Positions 31,167 through 40,666 are shown, counted from the stretch's first letter. The stretch is DNA of 45,439 bases from Candidatus Pacearchaeota archaeon CG1_02_32_21 (GCA_001872185.1 MNVX01000021.1:1-45439); one strand, 5' to 3'. A program made the numbers and translations. The notes: generated by a model from the sequence alone, not told the origin.

Positions 31167-31564
31167 AAGCAATAAGCGCAAGAGCAACCAGAGGATTGAA
31201 TATTGGCAGTGAGGTAGTGGCTACAGACAATAGCGGAGCAAGAATTGTAAGAATTGTTGGTGTAAAAAGAGGAAAAACAGTTAAGAAAAGACAGCAGTAT
31301 GCAAAGATATCTGACTTGGTTAAAGTTTCTGTAAGAAAAGGAAAGCCAGAAATGAAAGGGGAAGTTTTTGATGCTGTAGTTGTTAGAGCAAGGAAACCTT
31401 GGAGAAGGAAAAATGGAGAAAGAATTGCATTCAGTGATAATGCTGTAGCTTTATTAAAAGATGAAAAAGGAAATCCAAAAGGAACTCAGATAAAGGGACC
31501 TATTGCAAGAGAAGTACTTGAAAGATGGGTAAGTGTAGCTAAAATTGCGAGGATAGTGGTTTAA
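31163..31564 (+). CDS. rpl14: Ribosomal protein uL14
   Basis: ..VATDNSGARIVRIVGV..; 133 aa. Confidence 0.95.
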   Translation: MKAISARATRGLNIGSEVVATDNSGARIVRIVGVKRGKTVKKRQQYAKISDLVKVSVRKGKPEMKGEVFDAVVVRARKPWRRKNGERIAFSDNAVALLKDEKGNPKGTQIKGPIAREVLERWVSVAKIARIVV

Positions 31565-31565
31565 A

Positions 31566-32003
31566 ATGAATAAAAAATTTTCACAACATTGGAAGGCAAG
31601 CAAGCAAATAAGGAAACAAAGAAAATATTTAGCTAATGCTCCATTGCATACAAAAAATAAATTTGTTTCAAGCAATTTGAGCAAATCTTTAAGAAAAAGC
31701 TACGGAATTAGAAGTTTGCCATTAAGAAAAAATGACGAAGTTAAAATTCTTAGAGGAAAGTTTGATGGAAAAAGCGGTAAAATTAATAGTGTTGATTTAA
31801 AGAAAACAAGGGTGACAATAGAAGGAATTCAAAATAAGAAGAAAGACGGAACTAAAATTAATGTTTATTTTCATCCATCTAATTTGCAGATAATAAATAT
31901 TGGATCTGAGGATAAAAAAAGAATTAAAAGACTTGGTAAAAAGGGAAAGGTAGAGAATAAGGAATCAAAAACTGAAGAAAAGAAATCAGGAGGCAATGAA
32001 TAA
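31566..32003 (+). CDS. rpl24: Ribosomal protein uL24
   Basis: KOW motif (..LRKNDEVKILRGKFDGKSGKI..) with a Lys/Glu-rich C-tail. Confidence 0.92.
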   Translation: MNKKFSQHWKASKQIRKQRKYLANAPLHTKNKFVSSNLSKSLRKSYGIRSLPLRKNDEVKILRGKFDGKSGKINSVDLKKTRVTIEGIQNKKKDGTKINVYFHPSNLQIINIGSEDKKRIKRLGKKGKVENKESKTEEKKSGGNE

Positions 32004-32005
32004 AA

Positions 32006-32644
32006 ATGCATCTGAAAAGACCAGAGACAAGCAAGATATGGCCAATATCCAGGAAAGGTACAAAATATTTAGTTGTACCAAGCCATTTTAAAAATTACGG
32101 AATTCCACTGCTTGTAGTTCTAAGGGATGTTCTTAAAATTGTTAGAACAAGAAAAGAACTTGTTAAAATTCTAAGAGAGGGCCAAATTTTAGTTAATGAT
32201 GAAAAACTAAGGGATGAAAGCAGAGCATTGGTTATATTTGACATTATAAGCATACCTGCATTAAATAAATACTATAGAGTTAATTTCTCAGACAATGGTA
32301 AGATTGGTTTTGATGAAATAAGTGAGAAAGAATCTCACTATAAAACAGTTAAATTAAGTAATAAAAAAATACTTGGAAAGGGAATTACTCAATTAAACTT
32401 CAGTGATGGCAGGAATATTATTTCAAAAGATAAAATATCTGTGGGGGACTCTACACTAATTAGTTTTAAAGATAAGAAACTGACAAAAGTTATGCCAATA
32501 GCAGATAAATCAAATGTTATGATTATAAGCGGTAAGCATAGAGGTACAAAGGGTATTATAAACCTCGCGGGTGATAAAATTTTCGTCAAGTCTAAAGATG
32601 TTAAATTTGAAATAGGCAAAAAGGAGTTAATAGTTATAGAATAA
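32006..32644 (+). CDS. rps4e: Ribosomal protein eS4
   Basis: MHLKRPETSKIWPISRKGTKYLV.. is a typical S4e N-terminus. Confidence 0.93.
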   Translation: MHLKRPETSKIWPISRKGTKYLVVPSHFKNYGIPLLVVLRDVLKIVRTRKELVKILREGQILVNDEKLRDESRALVIFDIISIPALNKYYRVNFSDNGKIGFDEISEKESHYKTVKLSNKKILGKGITQLNFSDGRNIISKDKISVGDSTLISFKDKKLTKVMPIADKSNVMIISGKHRGTKGIINLAGDKIFVKSKDVKFEIGKKELIVIE

Positions 32645-32645
32645 A

Positions 32646-33149
32646 ATGGCAAATAATAAAATGCAGATTGTAGAAATGGAAAAATTAGTTTTATCTTTTG
32701 GAGGAGTTAAAGATGAGCTTGAAAAGGGGTATAAACTTTTACAAAAAATATCTAAAGAAAAACCTTCCAGAAGAATGACTGTAAAGAGAATACCTAGTTT
32801 TGGTATAAGACCTCAAATGGAAGTAGGATGTATGGTAACACTTAGGGGAAATAAAGCAAAGGCCCTTCTCAAAAGATTACTGGACTCAATAGACAACAAA
32901 ATAAAGAAAAAACAAATTGCTAAAAATCAGTTTTCATTTGGAATAAAAGAATACATAGAGATACCTGGAGAAGAGTATGACAGAGAAATCGGGATGCTTG
33001 GATTCAATGTAGTAGTTGTTTTCTCAAGAAAGGGCAAAAGGGTGGGTATTAAAAAGATAAAACGTGGTAAATTGCCGGAAAGACACCATGTAACTCAAGA
33101 TGAAATAGTTCAGTTCATGAAAGAAAATTTTAAGGTGAGGGTAGAATGA
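32646..33149 (+). CDS. rpl5: Ribosomal protein uL5
   Basis: ..[18 protein letters not shown].. ..[13 protein letters not shown].. Confidence 0.93.
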   Translation: MANNKMQIVEMEKLVLSFGGVKDELEKGYKLLQKISKEKPSRRMTVKRIPSFGIRPQMEVGCMVTLRGNKAKALLKRLLDSIDNKIKKKQIAKNQFSFGIKEYIEIPGEEYDREIGMLGFNVVVVFSRKGKRVGIKKIKRGKLPERHHVTQDEIVQFMKENFKVRVE

Positions 33150-33376
33150 CAGCAAGTGATTGGAAAAAGCTTATGAATCAACTGAAAAATAAACCAGCTG
33201 TAGCCAGAAAGTTTATGAAACATAATAAACCTAAAGATAGAAAATTCGGAATCGCTGCTCAAAAATGTGAGCGTTGTGGACGTTATGGGGCAAGAGTCAG
33301 CCAGTATGGGCTAAACTTTTGCAGGCAATGCTTTAGAGAAGTAGCAGAAGATGTGGGATTTAAAAAATATTCGTAA
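33146..33376 (+). CDS. rps14: Ribosomal protein uS14 (zinc type)
   Basis: ..[26 protein letters not shown].. ATG 33146 has GGTGAGG upstream and an ATGA overlap with L5, which gives a ~23-aa N-extension relative to the usual ~53-aa form (internal ATG at 33215). Confidence 0.9.
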   Translation: MTASDWKKLMNQLKNKPAVARKFMKHNKPKDRKFGIAAQKCERCGRYGARVSQYGLNFCRQCFREVAEDVGFKKYS

Positions 33377-33377
33377 A

Positions 33378-33752
33378 ATGAGCCAAGATATAATTGCAGA
33401 CGCACTAAACCAGATAATGAACGCGAAAAAAGCTGGTAAGAAAGAAGTAGTTTTAACTAAAAATTCCAAATTGCTTCTTAAAGTGTTAGACATAGCTAAA
33501 GAGTATAATTACGTAGAAGACTATGAAGTTTCTGAACATAATCTGACTGTCAAAATCGGAAAGATAATAGAATGCAGGGCAATAAAGCCGAGATTTAATG
33601 TTAGTACAGACTCAATTAACAAGTATATGAGAAGATATCTTCCGGGAATAGGGCTTGGCATTATTATTATCTCAACAAACAAAGGAATTATGACTCATAA
33701 TGAGGCACTTGAAAAATCAATTGGAGGAAGTTTACTAGCTTACTTTTACTAA
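33378..33752 (+). CDS. rps8: Ribosomal protein uS8
   Basis: The start is set at ATG 33378 (MSQDIIADALNQIMNAKKAGK..), 1 nt after the S14 stop. Confidence 0.93.
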   Translation: MSQDIIADALNQIMNAKKAGKKEVVLTKNSKLLLKVLDIAKEYNYVEDYEVSEHNLTVKIGKIIECRAIKPRFNVSTDSINKYMRRYLPGIGLGIIIISTNKGIMTHNEALEKSIGGSLLAYFY

Positions 33753-33753
33753 A

Positions 33754-34302
33754 ATGAAAGAAGAAATTACAGAAACAATAGAAATTCCTGAGGGGATAGA
33801 GTTTAAAATAGATGGGAGTAGAATATCTGCAAAATCCGGAGATAAGTCCATAACTAAAAAAATTGATCTTAAAAATTTTTCAATTAAAATGGAAAATGGA
33901 AAAATAATTTTGCACGCGAAAAAAGCTACCAGAAGTGAAAGCAGGATTATACATACTATCAAAGCACATATAAACAACATGCTAAATGGTTTATCAAACG
34001 AATTTGAATATGAGCTTGAAGTTGCTTATTCACATTTTCCAGTTAGCATTGAGCTTGACAACTCCAATCATAAGCTAATAATAAAAAATTTTCTTGGTGA
34101 AAAAAAGAATAGAGTTGCTAAGTTACTTCCCGAATCAGATGTCTCAGTTAAAGGAAATATCATATTCGTTAAGTCCTATAATAAAGAAGTTGCTGGCCAA
34201 ACTGCAGCTAATATCGAGAAAGCCACACAGATAAAAAATAGAGACAGGAGAAAATTCCAAGATGGAATATATATCACTCAAAAACCAGGGAGGGAAATAT
34301 AA
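33754..34302 (+). CDS. rpl6: Ribosomal protein uL6
   Basis: 182-aa two-domain L6 sequence; operon position. Confidence 0.93.
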   Translation: MKEEITETIEIPEGIEFKIDGSRISAKSGDKSITKKIDLKNFSIKMENGKIILHAKKATRSESRIIHTIKAHINNMLNGLSNEFEYELEVAYSHFPVSIELDNSNHKLIIKNFLGEKKNRVAKLLPESDVSVKGNIIFVKSYNKEVAGQTAANIEKATQIKNRDRRKFQDGIYITQKPGREI

Positions 34303-34682
34303 TGCCAAATAAAAAATTCCTCAGAAGAAACACTAATGAATATTTAAAGCTTGGAAAGAAAAGGAAGAAAGCACAAAAATGGAGAAGACCAAGAGGTAGA
34401 GACAATAAAATGAGACTTAAAACAAAGGGCCATCCGTTAGTTGTTAAAGTGGGTTATAAACAAAACAAGCTGCACAGAGGAAAAGTTAATGGTAAGGACC
34501 TAAAGATAATTATGACAATTAATGATTTGAATGAAATAAGGGGAAAGACTTTGCAACTTGGAAAAATTGGGATGAAAAAGAAAATCGCTATAGCAAAAAT
34601 TGCTGTGGAAAAAAATATAGATTTTATTAATTTTAACCCTAAAAAGACACTTGAAAGTGTTAAAGCGAAGGAAAAGAAATGA
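34302..34682 (+). CDS. rpl32e: Ribosomal protein eL32
   Basis: ..KWRRPRGRDNKMRLKTKGHP.. Confidence 0.93.
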   Translation: MPNKKFLRRNTNEYLKLGKKRKKAQKWRRPRGRDNKMRLKTKGHPLVVKVGYKQNKLHRGKVNGKDLKIIMTINDLNEIRGKTLQLGKIGMKKKIAIAKIAVEKNIDFINFNPKKTLESVKAKEKK

Positions 34683-35074
34683 ACCTCTCTAATAAAAAAA
34701 TATTAGCAGCAAAAACTCTTGGAGTTGGTACTGGTAGAATTGAACTCAATATTAATAGGCTGGACGAGATAAAAGAAGCTATAACAAGACAGGATATTAA
34801 AGACCTAGTAAAAAGTGGAGCTATAAAAATAAAAGAAACAAAGGGCAGAAGGAAAAATGTGAAAAGAAAACAGAGGAGGAGAATAGGAAAAATAAAACTC
34901 AAAGTAAAGGCAAGGAAAAGAAGTTACATCATAATAACCAGGAAGTTAAGGACTTACATAAAAGGCCTTAAAACTCAGGAAAAGATTACGAACGAAAAAT
35001 ATGCTGAACTAAGGAAACAAATTAGGAACAGATCTTTCAAAAGTAAAAGGCACCTTAAGGAGAACTTACAATGA
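34679..35074 (+). CDS. rpl19e: Ribosomal protein eL19
   Basis: ..KKILAAKTLGVGTGRI.. ..IKETKGRRK.. Confidence 0.93.
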   Translation: MNLSNKKILAAKTLGVGTGRIELNINRLDEIKEAITRQDIKDLVKSGAIKIKETKGRRKNVKRKQRRRIGKIKLKVKARKRSYIIITRKLRTYIKGLKTQEKITNEKYAELRKQIRNRSFKSKRHLKENLQ

Positions 35075-35562
35075 GAACAATAAGAAAAAGAAGAACTGAG
35101 AACAAGACTGACTACAAATTAAGAATAGGTTTGCTAAAATACAAAAACCCCAGGGTTGTTGTGAGAAAAACAAATAAGCATTTAATCGCCCAGTATACTC
35201 AAAGCCAAAATGCTAAAGACAAAGTTCTTATAGGCATAACCTCAAAGGAACTTGTCAAATATGGCTGGCCTAAAGAGTCTAGTGGATCTTTAAAATCAAT
35301 ACCTGCAGCATACTTAACAGGATATATTTTAGGTAAAAAAATACTTGCTAAATATCCAAAATCTGAGAGTGTTTTAGATACTGGATTACAAAGGAATATC
35401 CACGGATCAAGGATATATGCTTTATTAAAAGGCCTTGTTGATGCAGGAGTTTCAATTCCGCACAATAAAGATGTTTTCCCAAGTGAGGATAGGATAACTG
35501 GTAAGAATATGAAAAAGGATATTTCAGATTTAATAAAAAAAATAAAGTCTAATGCAAAATGA
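35071..35562 (+). CDS. rpl18: Ribosomal protein uL18
   Basis: ..RRTENKTDYKLRIGLL..PRVVVRKTNKHLIAQ.. Confidence 0.93.
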   Translation: MRTIRKRRTENKTDYKLRIGLLKYKNPRVVVRKTNKHLIAQYTQSQNAKDKVLIGITSKELVKYGWPKESSGSLKSIPAAYLTGYILGKKILAKYPKSESVLDTGLQRNIHGSRIYALLKGLVDAGVSIPHNKDVFPSEDRITGKNMKKDISDLIKKIKSNAK

Positions 35563-36302
35563 GTGAAAAATCTATAAAAGGGGCAGAAGAGAAGAAAGAA
35601 GTAGAAGACATAGTTGAAATTGTAGAAGAAATTGTGGAGGAAAAAGTTGAAGATAAAAGGGAAATGTCACAGGAGCCTTTATACTCGTGGGTTCCTAAAA
35701 CAAAACTTGGAAAGCTTGTCAAAGAGGGTAAGATAAAAAATATTGATGAGATACTTGATAATAAAATGAGAATGCTAGAACCTGAGATTGTTGACAAATT
35801 AATAAGTGTTGATAGTGATTTACTTTTTGTAGGACAGTCTAAAGGTAAATTTGGCGGAGGAAAAAGAAGAGCGTGGAGGCAGTCTCAGAAAAAAACCAAA
35901 GAGGGTAATGTTATAACTTTTTCTGCATTTGCAGTAGTTGGAGATAAAAACGGCCATGTTGGACTTGGATTTGGAAAAGCAAAAGAAACACTTCCTGCAA
36001 GAGAGAAAGCACTAAGAAAGGCTAAGCTTAACATAATAAAAATAAAGAGGGGAAGTGGCAGTTTTGAAGGCTCTTCACATGAGCCACACAGCATTCCTTT
36101 GCAAGTTGAGGGAAAATGTGGAAGTGTAAGGGTTATATTAATACCTGCACCCCAGGGTACAGGTCTTGTTATCGGTAATGAGGGTAAAAAAATATTGAAA
36201 TTAGCAGGAATACAAGATATATACAGTAAATCATTTGGACATAAAAGAACAACAATGAATTATGGTAAAGCTATAATGGAGGCTTTGAAAAAATTAGAAT
36301 GA
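35559..36302 (+). CDS. rps5: Ribosomal protein uS5
   Basis: ..WVPKTKLGKLV.. ..FAVVGDKNGHVGLGFGKAKE.. with an acidic N-terminal segment. Confidence 0.93.
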   Translation: MSEKSIKGAEEKKEVEDIVEIVEEIVEEKVEDKREMSQEPLYSWVPKTKLGKLVKEGKIKNIDEILDNKMRMLEPEIVDKLISVDSDLLFVGQSKGKFGGGKRRAWRQSQKKTKEGNVITFSAFAVVGDKNGHVGLGFGKAKETLPAREKALRKAKLNIIKIKRGSGSFEGSSHEPHSIPLQVEGKCGSVRVILIPAPQGTGLVIGNEGKKILKLAGIQDIYSKSFGHKRTTMNYGKAIMEALKKLE

Positions 36303-36712
36303 TAGTTGTAATAAGAATAGCAGGGATGGTTAATATGAACAGACCTATGGAAGAAACTTTGTACAGACTTAGATTAAGAAGAAAATATTCATGTATAGTT
36401 GTTTCTGAAAGTAAAGAAGTAATGGGGATGTTAAAAAAAGTCAGGAATCTTGTGTCTTATGAAAAGATAGATGAAAATACTTTGAAAGAGCTTATTAATA
36501 AAAGAGGTCAATCTGAAAATAAAAAAGCAAAAATTAATACTGAAGGAGTAATAAAATATTTTCATGAGAATAAAACTCTTGATGGGTCTGGAATAAAGCC
36601 ATTTTTTAGACTGCATCCTCCAAGGGGAGGAATTAATACTAAATATCATTTTCCAAAAGGAGTTTTAGGTGAGAATAAAGAAATAAATAAATTAATTTTG
36701 AGGATGTTATAA
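36299..36712 (+). CDS. rpl30: Ribosomal protein uL30
   Basis: ..VVIRIAGMVNMNRPMEETLYRLRLRRK..; operon position. Confidence 0.92.
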   Translation: MIVVIRIAGMVNMNRPMEETLYRLRLRRKYSCIVVSESKEVMGMLKKVRNLVSYEKIDENTLKELINKRGQSENKKAKINTEGVIKYFHENKTLDGSGIKPFFRLHPPRGGINTKYHFPKGVLGENKEINKLILRML

Positions 36713-36903
36713 TGATTAAATCTGGTTTTATGTGGGAATGTGAATGCGGAAAAACAATACTTGGAGAAAAATCTCCTGAAGAGTGCAATAAATGCGGAAG
36801 AATTGACAGTTTTGTGCAATTACCAGAAGAAATAGTTGAAGAAAGAGAAAAAGATATGGTTTATGAAAAAGACGAAGATATAGAGGATTATGAAGATGAA
36901 TAA
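36712..36903 (+). CDS. Small rubredoxin-like zinc-ribbon protein with a highly acidic tail, inserted between L30 and L15
   Basis: WECECGKTILGEKSPEECNKCG followed by ..EEIVEEREKDMVYEKDEDIEDYEDE. TAATG overlap with L30, and GAGGA lies 7 nt upstream. Confidence 0.6.
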   Translation: MIKSGFMWECECGKTILGEKSPEECNKCGRIDSFVQLPEEIVEEREKDMVYEKDEDIEDYEDE

Positions 36904-37324
36904 TAAAAAAAGAAAAAAGGCTAGCAGAATGAGAGGAAGTCATACTCATGGAAGAGGATTTATGAAAAAGGGAAGAGGTAGCGGTCATAGGGGAGGTAAA
37001 GGAATGGCTGGTACTGGTAAAAGAGCTGATCAGAAAAAAACCCTAATAATAAAAAAAGAGCTTAACTATTTTGGCAGTACTGGTTTAAAACCTAAAATCA
37101 AAAAGTATAAAATAATTAATGTTTCAGAAATAGAAAAGATAGCTGGTGGTAAAAAAGAGATTGATTTAAATAATTACAAGATTTTAGGAAATGGAGACAT
37201 AAATATAAGCATAAAGATAAGCTCATTTAGTGCGTCAAAATTAGCGATACAAAAAATAAAAAAAGCTGGGGGAGAAGTAATACTAAAGAATGGTAGTCAA
37301 AAAAATAATAAAGAATCTGCCTGA
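36890..37324 (+). CDS. rpl15: Ribosomal protein uL15
   Basis: ..SRMRGSHTHGRGFMKKGRGSGHRGGKGMAG.. Confidence 0.93.
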   Translation: MKMNNKKRKKASRMRGSHTHGRGFMKKGRGSGHRGGKGMAGTGKRADQKKTLIIKKELNYFGSTGLKPKIKKYKIINVSEIEKIAGGKKEIDLNNYKILGNGDINISIKISSFSASKLAIQKIKKAGGEVILKNGSQKNNKESA

Positions 37325-38651
37325 AGTTCAATCGCCTGCAGAAAAAAAACTTGACTTCAAGGTAAAGGCAAAATGGACATTAATTATTCTCGGAGCTTTT
37401 TTTGTTCTAGCAAATATTCCTCTTTACGGACTGTCTGGAAATTCTTTATCAAGATTTGAAAACCTAGCCGTTTTGCTTGGAACAGACTTTGGAAGCATAA
37501 TTTCATTAGGTATCGGTCCCATTGTAACAGCATCTATTATTCTTCAGTTATTAGTTGGAAGTAAAATTATAAATATAGACACCTCAACTGCCGAGGGTAA
37601 AAAGTACTTTCAGGGAATACAAAAATTAATGGTTATATTTTTTGTAATATTTGAAGCATCTGTTTTTGTTCTTATGAAAGGTTTGGAAGCTTCTCCAGGA
37701 TATGTTTGGGTTGTTATAGTTCAATTAATTCTAGGTGGAATAGCAATCATGTTGATGGATGAAGTTTCTAATAAATGGGGTTTTGGCTCTGGAGTTTCAT
37801 TATTCATTGCTGCTGGAGTTTCTTGGAGACTGTTCACTAGTCTATTCCAGTTCATAGGACCTGAGGGCAATATAGCTGCAAGTGGACAGCTTTTAGTTTT
37901 GATTAACTCTATAATAAGCGGAAATACCATTGGAGCAACTATTGCTGCTGCTGCGATAATCTCAACTATATTAGTGTTTTTAATAATTGTTTGGGCCCAG
38001 TCATTAAAAGTTGAAATCCCTCTATCTTTTGACAGATTGAGAGGATATGCTATAAAATGGCCCCTTTCATTTTTCTATACTTCTGTTATGCCAGTTATAT
38101 TGGTTTCTGCTCTTGCTGCCAATATTCAATTAGCGGCCGGACTTTTGGAAAACTGGCTTGGGCATGCCACAATTTTAGGTGGATTTCAGGGAGGAGTTCC
38201 TATTTCTGGATTCTCGTTATGGATAAACTCAAGTAATTTACTACAGGCAATAATTACTGGAAGTTTCACAACAATAATGATTTGGCAGTCTATTTTTCAT
38301 ATTTTGTTTTATGTTACATTTAGTGTTTTGTTTGCATTTTTCTGGGTAAAAACAAGTGGAATGGATGCACAAACTCAGGCTAAAAATATAATGAATTCTG
38401 GACTAACAATTCCTGGATTTAGAAAAGATGAAAGAATACTTGAAAGTGTTTTAGAAAGATACATACTTCCTTTGACTATAATGGGAGGAATTGCGATTGG
38501 TTTACTATCTGCACTATCAGACCTTGCAGGAACTTTAATACAAGGAACATCATTCTTGCTAGTAATTATGATTATGTACCAGTATTATCAGCAAATAGCC
38601 CAGCAACATTCGATGGATATGGCTCCTGCACTTAAGAAATTTATCAAGTAA
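37290..38651 (+). CDS. secY: Preprotein translocase subunit SecY
   Basis: 453-aa, 10-TM protein; ..LGIGPIVTASIILQLL..; follows L15. Confidence 0.95.
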   Translation: MVVKKIIKNLPEVQSPAEKKLDFKVKAKWTLIILGAFFVLANIPLYGLSGNSLSRFENLAVLLGTDFGSIISLGIGPIVTASIILQLLVGSKIINIDTSTAEGKKYFQGIQKLMVIFFVIFEASVFVLMKGLEASPGYVWVVIVQLILGGIAIMLMDEVSNKWGFGSGVSLFIAAGVSWRLFTSLFQFIGPEGNIAASGQLLVLINSIISGNTIGATIAAAAIISTILVFLIIVWAQSLKVEIPLSFDRLRGYAIKWPLSFFYTSVMPVILVSALAANIQLAAGLLENWLGHATILGGFQGGVPISGFSLWINSSNLLQAIITGSFTTIMIWQSIFHILFYVTFSVLFAFFWVKTSGMDAQTQAKNIMNSGLTIPGFRKDERILESVLERYILPLTIMGGIAIGLLSALSDLAGTLIQGTSFLLVIMIMYQYYQQIAQQHSMDMAPALKKFIK

Positions 38652-38681
38652 ATTTAAAAACAGTGATTAGTTCTTACTAAG

Positions 38682-39218
38682 ATGGATAAAAAAAATGGTT
38701 TTTTTGGAATTATTGTTGTAATGTTCGCTTCTATGGCAATTGCCTCTTTATGGAATGTTATCCCGCAAATAAGGGACTCTATACATTATATACTCGACCC
38801 TATACTTGGTAGTTTGTTGGATTTGAACTTAACTTTTGGAATGCTAGGGATAACACTTATAATCACTCTTATAACCACTTTAATTCAGAAATATGGGACT
38901 GATCAAGAAACTCTGAAGAAACTAAAAAACGATCAAAAAAAGCTTTCTGATGATATGAAACAATACAAAAATCAGCCTGATAAAATAATGGAACTTAACA
39001 AAAAGCAGTTTGAATTTATGGGTGAAATGATGAAGCATTCTATGAGGCCTATAATATACACAGGTGTTCCACTTGTTTTACTATTCAGATGGTTTGTAGA
39101 TTATTTTGATAAAATGGCAGACTTCAGGTTTTTTGGATTTTTAACATGGTTGTGGATGTATCTAATATTTTCCATAATTTTTAGCACAATACTAAGAAAA
39201 GTATTCAAGGTTGCTTAA
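38682..39218 (+). CDS. DUF106 family membrane protein (archaeal YidC/Oxa1-like insertase, MJ0480-type)
   Basis: Three TM segments with a coiled-coil loop (..QETLKKLKNDQKKLSDDMKQ..). Canonical position downstream of secY. TTTAAAAA lies 21 nt upstream. Confidence 0.7.
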   Translation: MDKKNGFFGIIVVMFASMAIASLWNVIPQIRDSIHYILDPILGSLLDLNLTFGMLGITLIITLITTLIQKYGTDQETLKKLKNDQKKLSDDMKQYKNQPDKIMELNKKQFEFMGEMMKHSMRPIIYTGVPLVLLFRWFVDYFDKMADFRFFGFLTWLWMYLIFSIIFSTILRKVFKVA

Positions 39219-39219
39219 A

Positions 39220-39615
39220 ATGGTTAAAAAAGAATTAAACATTAAAAATAAACAAGAAGAACTTTTAAAATTGCAGATATTTGAGAATCAAGTTAGCCAG
39301 TATGAGGAACAGCTTAGGATTATTGAACAGCAGATTAACGAGTTAGGTCAACTTAAAACAGATTTAGAATTCCTAGAAAAATCAAAAGAAGATGAAATTT
39401 TCAGTGAATTTGGCAAGGGAATATATATAAAATCTGTAGTCAAAAAACAATTGTTGGTTGATGTCGGATCTAAAGTTTTAGTTCCGAAAACTTTTAATGA
39501 AATAAAAGAAGTTGTTGACAGCCAGATAGAAAAGTTTGATAAAATAAAACCTGAAATTTTGAACCAAATAGAGTCTATTAATCAAGAACTTGATAAAATA
39601 ATAAATGAAAAATAA
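39220..39615 (+). CDS. pfdA: Prefoldin alpha subunit
   Basis: Coiled coil - EFGKGIYIKSVV..LLVDVGSKVLVPKT - coiled coil. ATG 39220 lies 1 nt after the previous stop (the track start is TTG 39211). Confidence 0.8.
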   Translation: MVKKELNIKNKQEELLKLQIFENQVSQYEEQLRIIEQQINELGQLKTDLEFLEKSKEDEIFSEFGKGIYIKSVVKKQLLVDVGSKVLVPKTFNEIKEVVDSQIEKFDKIKPEILNQIESINQELDKIINEK

Positions 39616-39691
39616 ACCTTTTGCGAAAAGGTTTCCAAAATACTTTTGTAAAAGTAACAAAACAAACCTTTGAAAAAGGTTTCCAAAATAC
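39614..39691 (+). repeat. Two tandem hairpin-containing repeats AAACCTTT(T)-loop-(A)AAAGGTTTCCAAAATAC
   Basis: 39614-39643 has the 9-bp stem AAACCTTTT/AAAAGGTTT. 39664-39691 has an 8-bp stem. Both are followed by the identical CCAAAATAC. Confidence 0.8.
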
Positions 39692-39752
39692 AAAATAAAG
39701 GGGATAACATTTAAAGTGATAAGATTAAAAGGACAAAATTCTTAAAATTACC

Positions 39753-40613
39753 ATGTTAGAAATGATTCTAAGTCCTGGGAGATCTGAAAGAAGACCTTGG
39801 GAGCTCTTTTTTGTCGGAGTATTTTATGCAAGTCTTTCAGTTATCATGGTAAACTGGATATTTGCTGCTGACCCTGTTTTGTCAAGATATTCTGGGATAC
39901 TTATTGTAACCTTTGCAGTTATGTTTTCTATGCCTTATGTTTATTACACTATAAGAATGGAAGAAAATAAAAGTGCTACACTAAAAGAATTTAGGCTTTT
40001 AACAGAACATGGCAAGGCAATAAATGCATTTTTATGGCTATTTATAGGGTTTATAATAGCTTTTTCTTTTTGGTTTATAGTTCTTGGATCTCCTGACAAT
40101 TTCAGAGCCCAAATAGAAACGTACTGCTCAATAAACAATCCACAAAATTATCAGAGTTGCGTAAGTGAACATGGAATTTCTTCTGGGACAACTGGATTTG
40201 TTACTGGAAGTGTTAGTACAGGAAGCTTATTTGGGGGGATATTTACAAATAACCTTTATGTTTTGATATTTGCTGTAGTGTTTTCAGTAATATTTGGGGC
40301 TGGTGGAATATTCATCCTTACCTGGAATGCAACAGTCATATCTGCAGCAATGGTTATCTTTGCTAAATCAAATATATACAGTTTACCGTTAAGTCTTGGG
40401 AGATATATGATACATGGAATTCCTGAAATTGCAGCTTATTTCATAGGCACTTTAGCTGGGGGAATAATAGGTTTGTCAATAGTTCGGAAGGAATTTAAAA
40501 CTGAAAGGTTCTGGGACATACTTTACGACTCAGTTATACTAATAGTAATTGCTATAGTAATATTACTCTTTGCCGGAATAATAGAAGTTTTTTTGACACC
40601 CAGACTATTTTAA
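39753..40613 (+). CDS. SpoIIM-like (DUF95) integral membrane protein
   Basis: 286-aa multi-pass protein. ..MIHGIPEIAAYFIGTLAGG.. is typical of the family. Confidence 0.65.
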   Translation: MLEMILSPGRSERRPWELFFVGVFYASLSVIMVNWIFAADPVLSRYSGILIVTFAVMFSMPYVYYTIRMEENKSATLKEFRLLTEHGKAINAFLWLFIGFIIAFSFWFIVLGSPDNFRAQIETYCSINNPQNYQSCVSEHGISSGTTGFVTGSVSTGSLFGGIFTNNLYVLIFAVVFSVIFGAGGIFILTWNATVISAAMVIFAKSNIYSLPLSLGRYMIHGIPEIAAYFIGTLAGGIIGLSIVRKEFKTERFWDILYDSVILIVIAIVILLFAGIIEVFLTPRLF

Positions 40614-40666
40614 AGTCATGGATACAGATTAAAAACATTTTAATACTACTATTTCTAATCTCTAAG

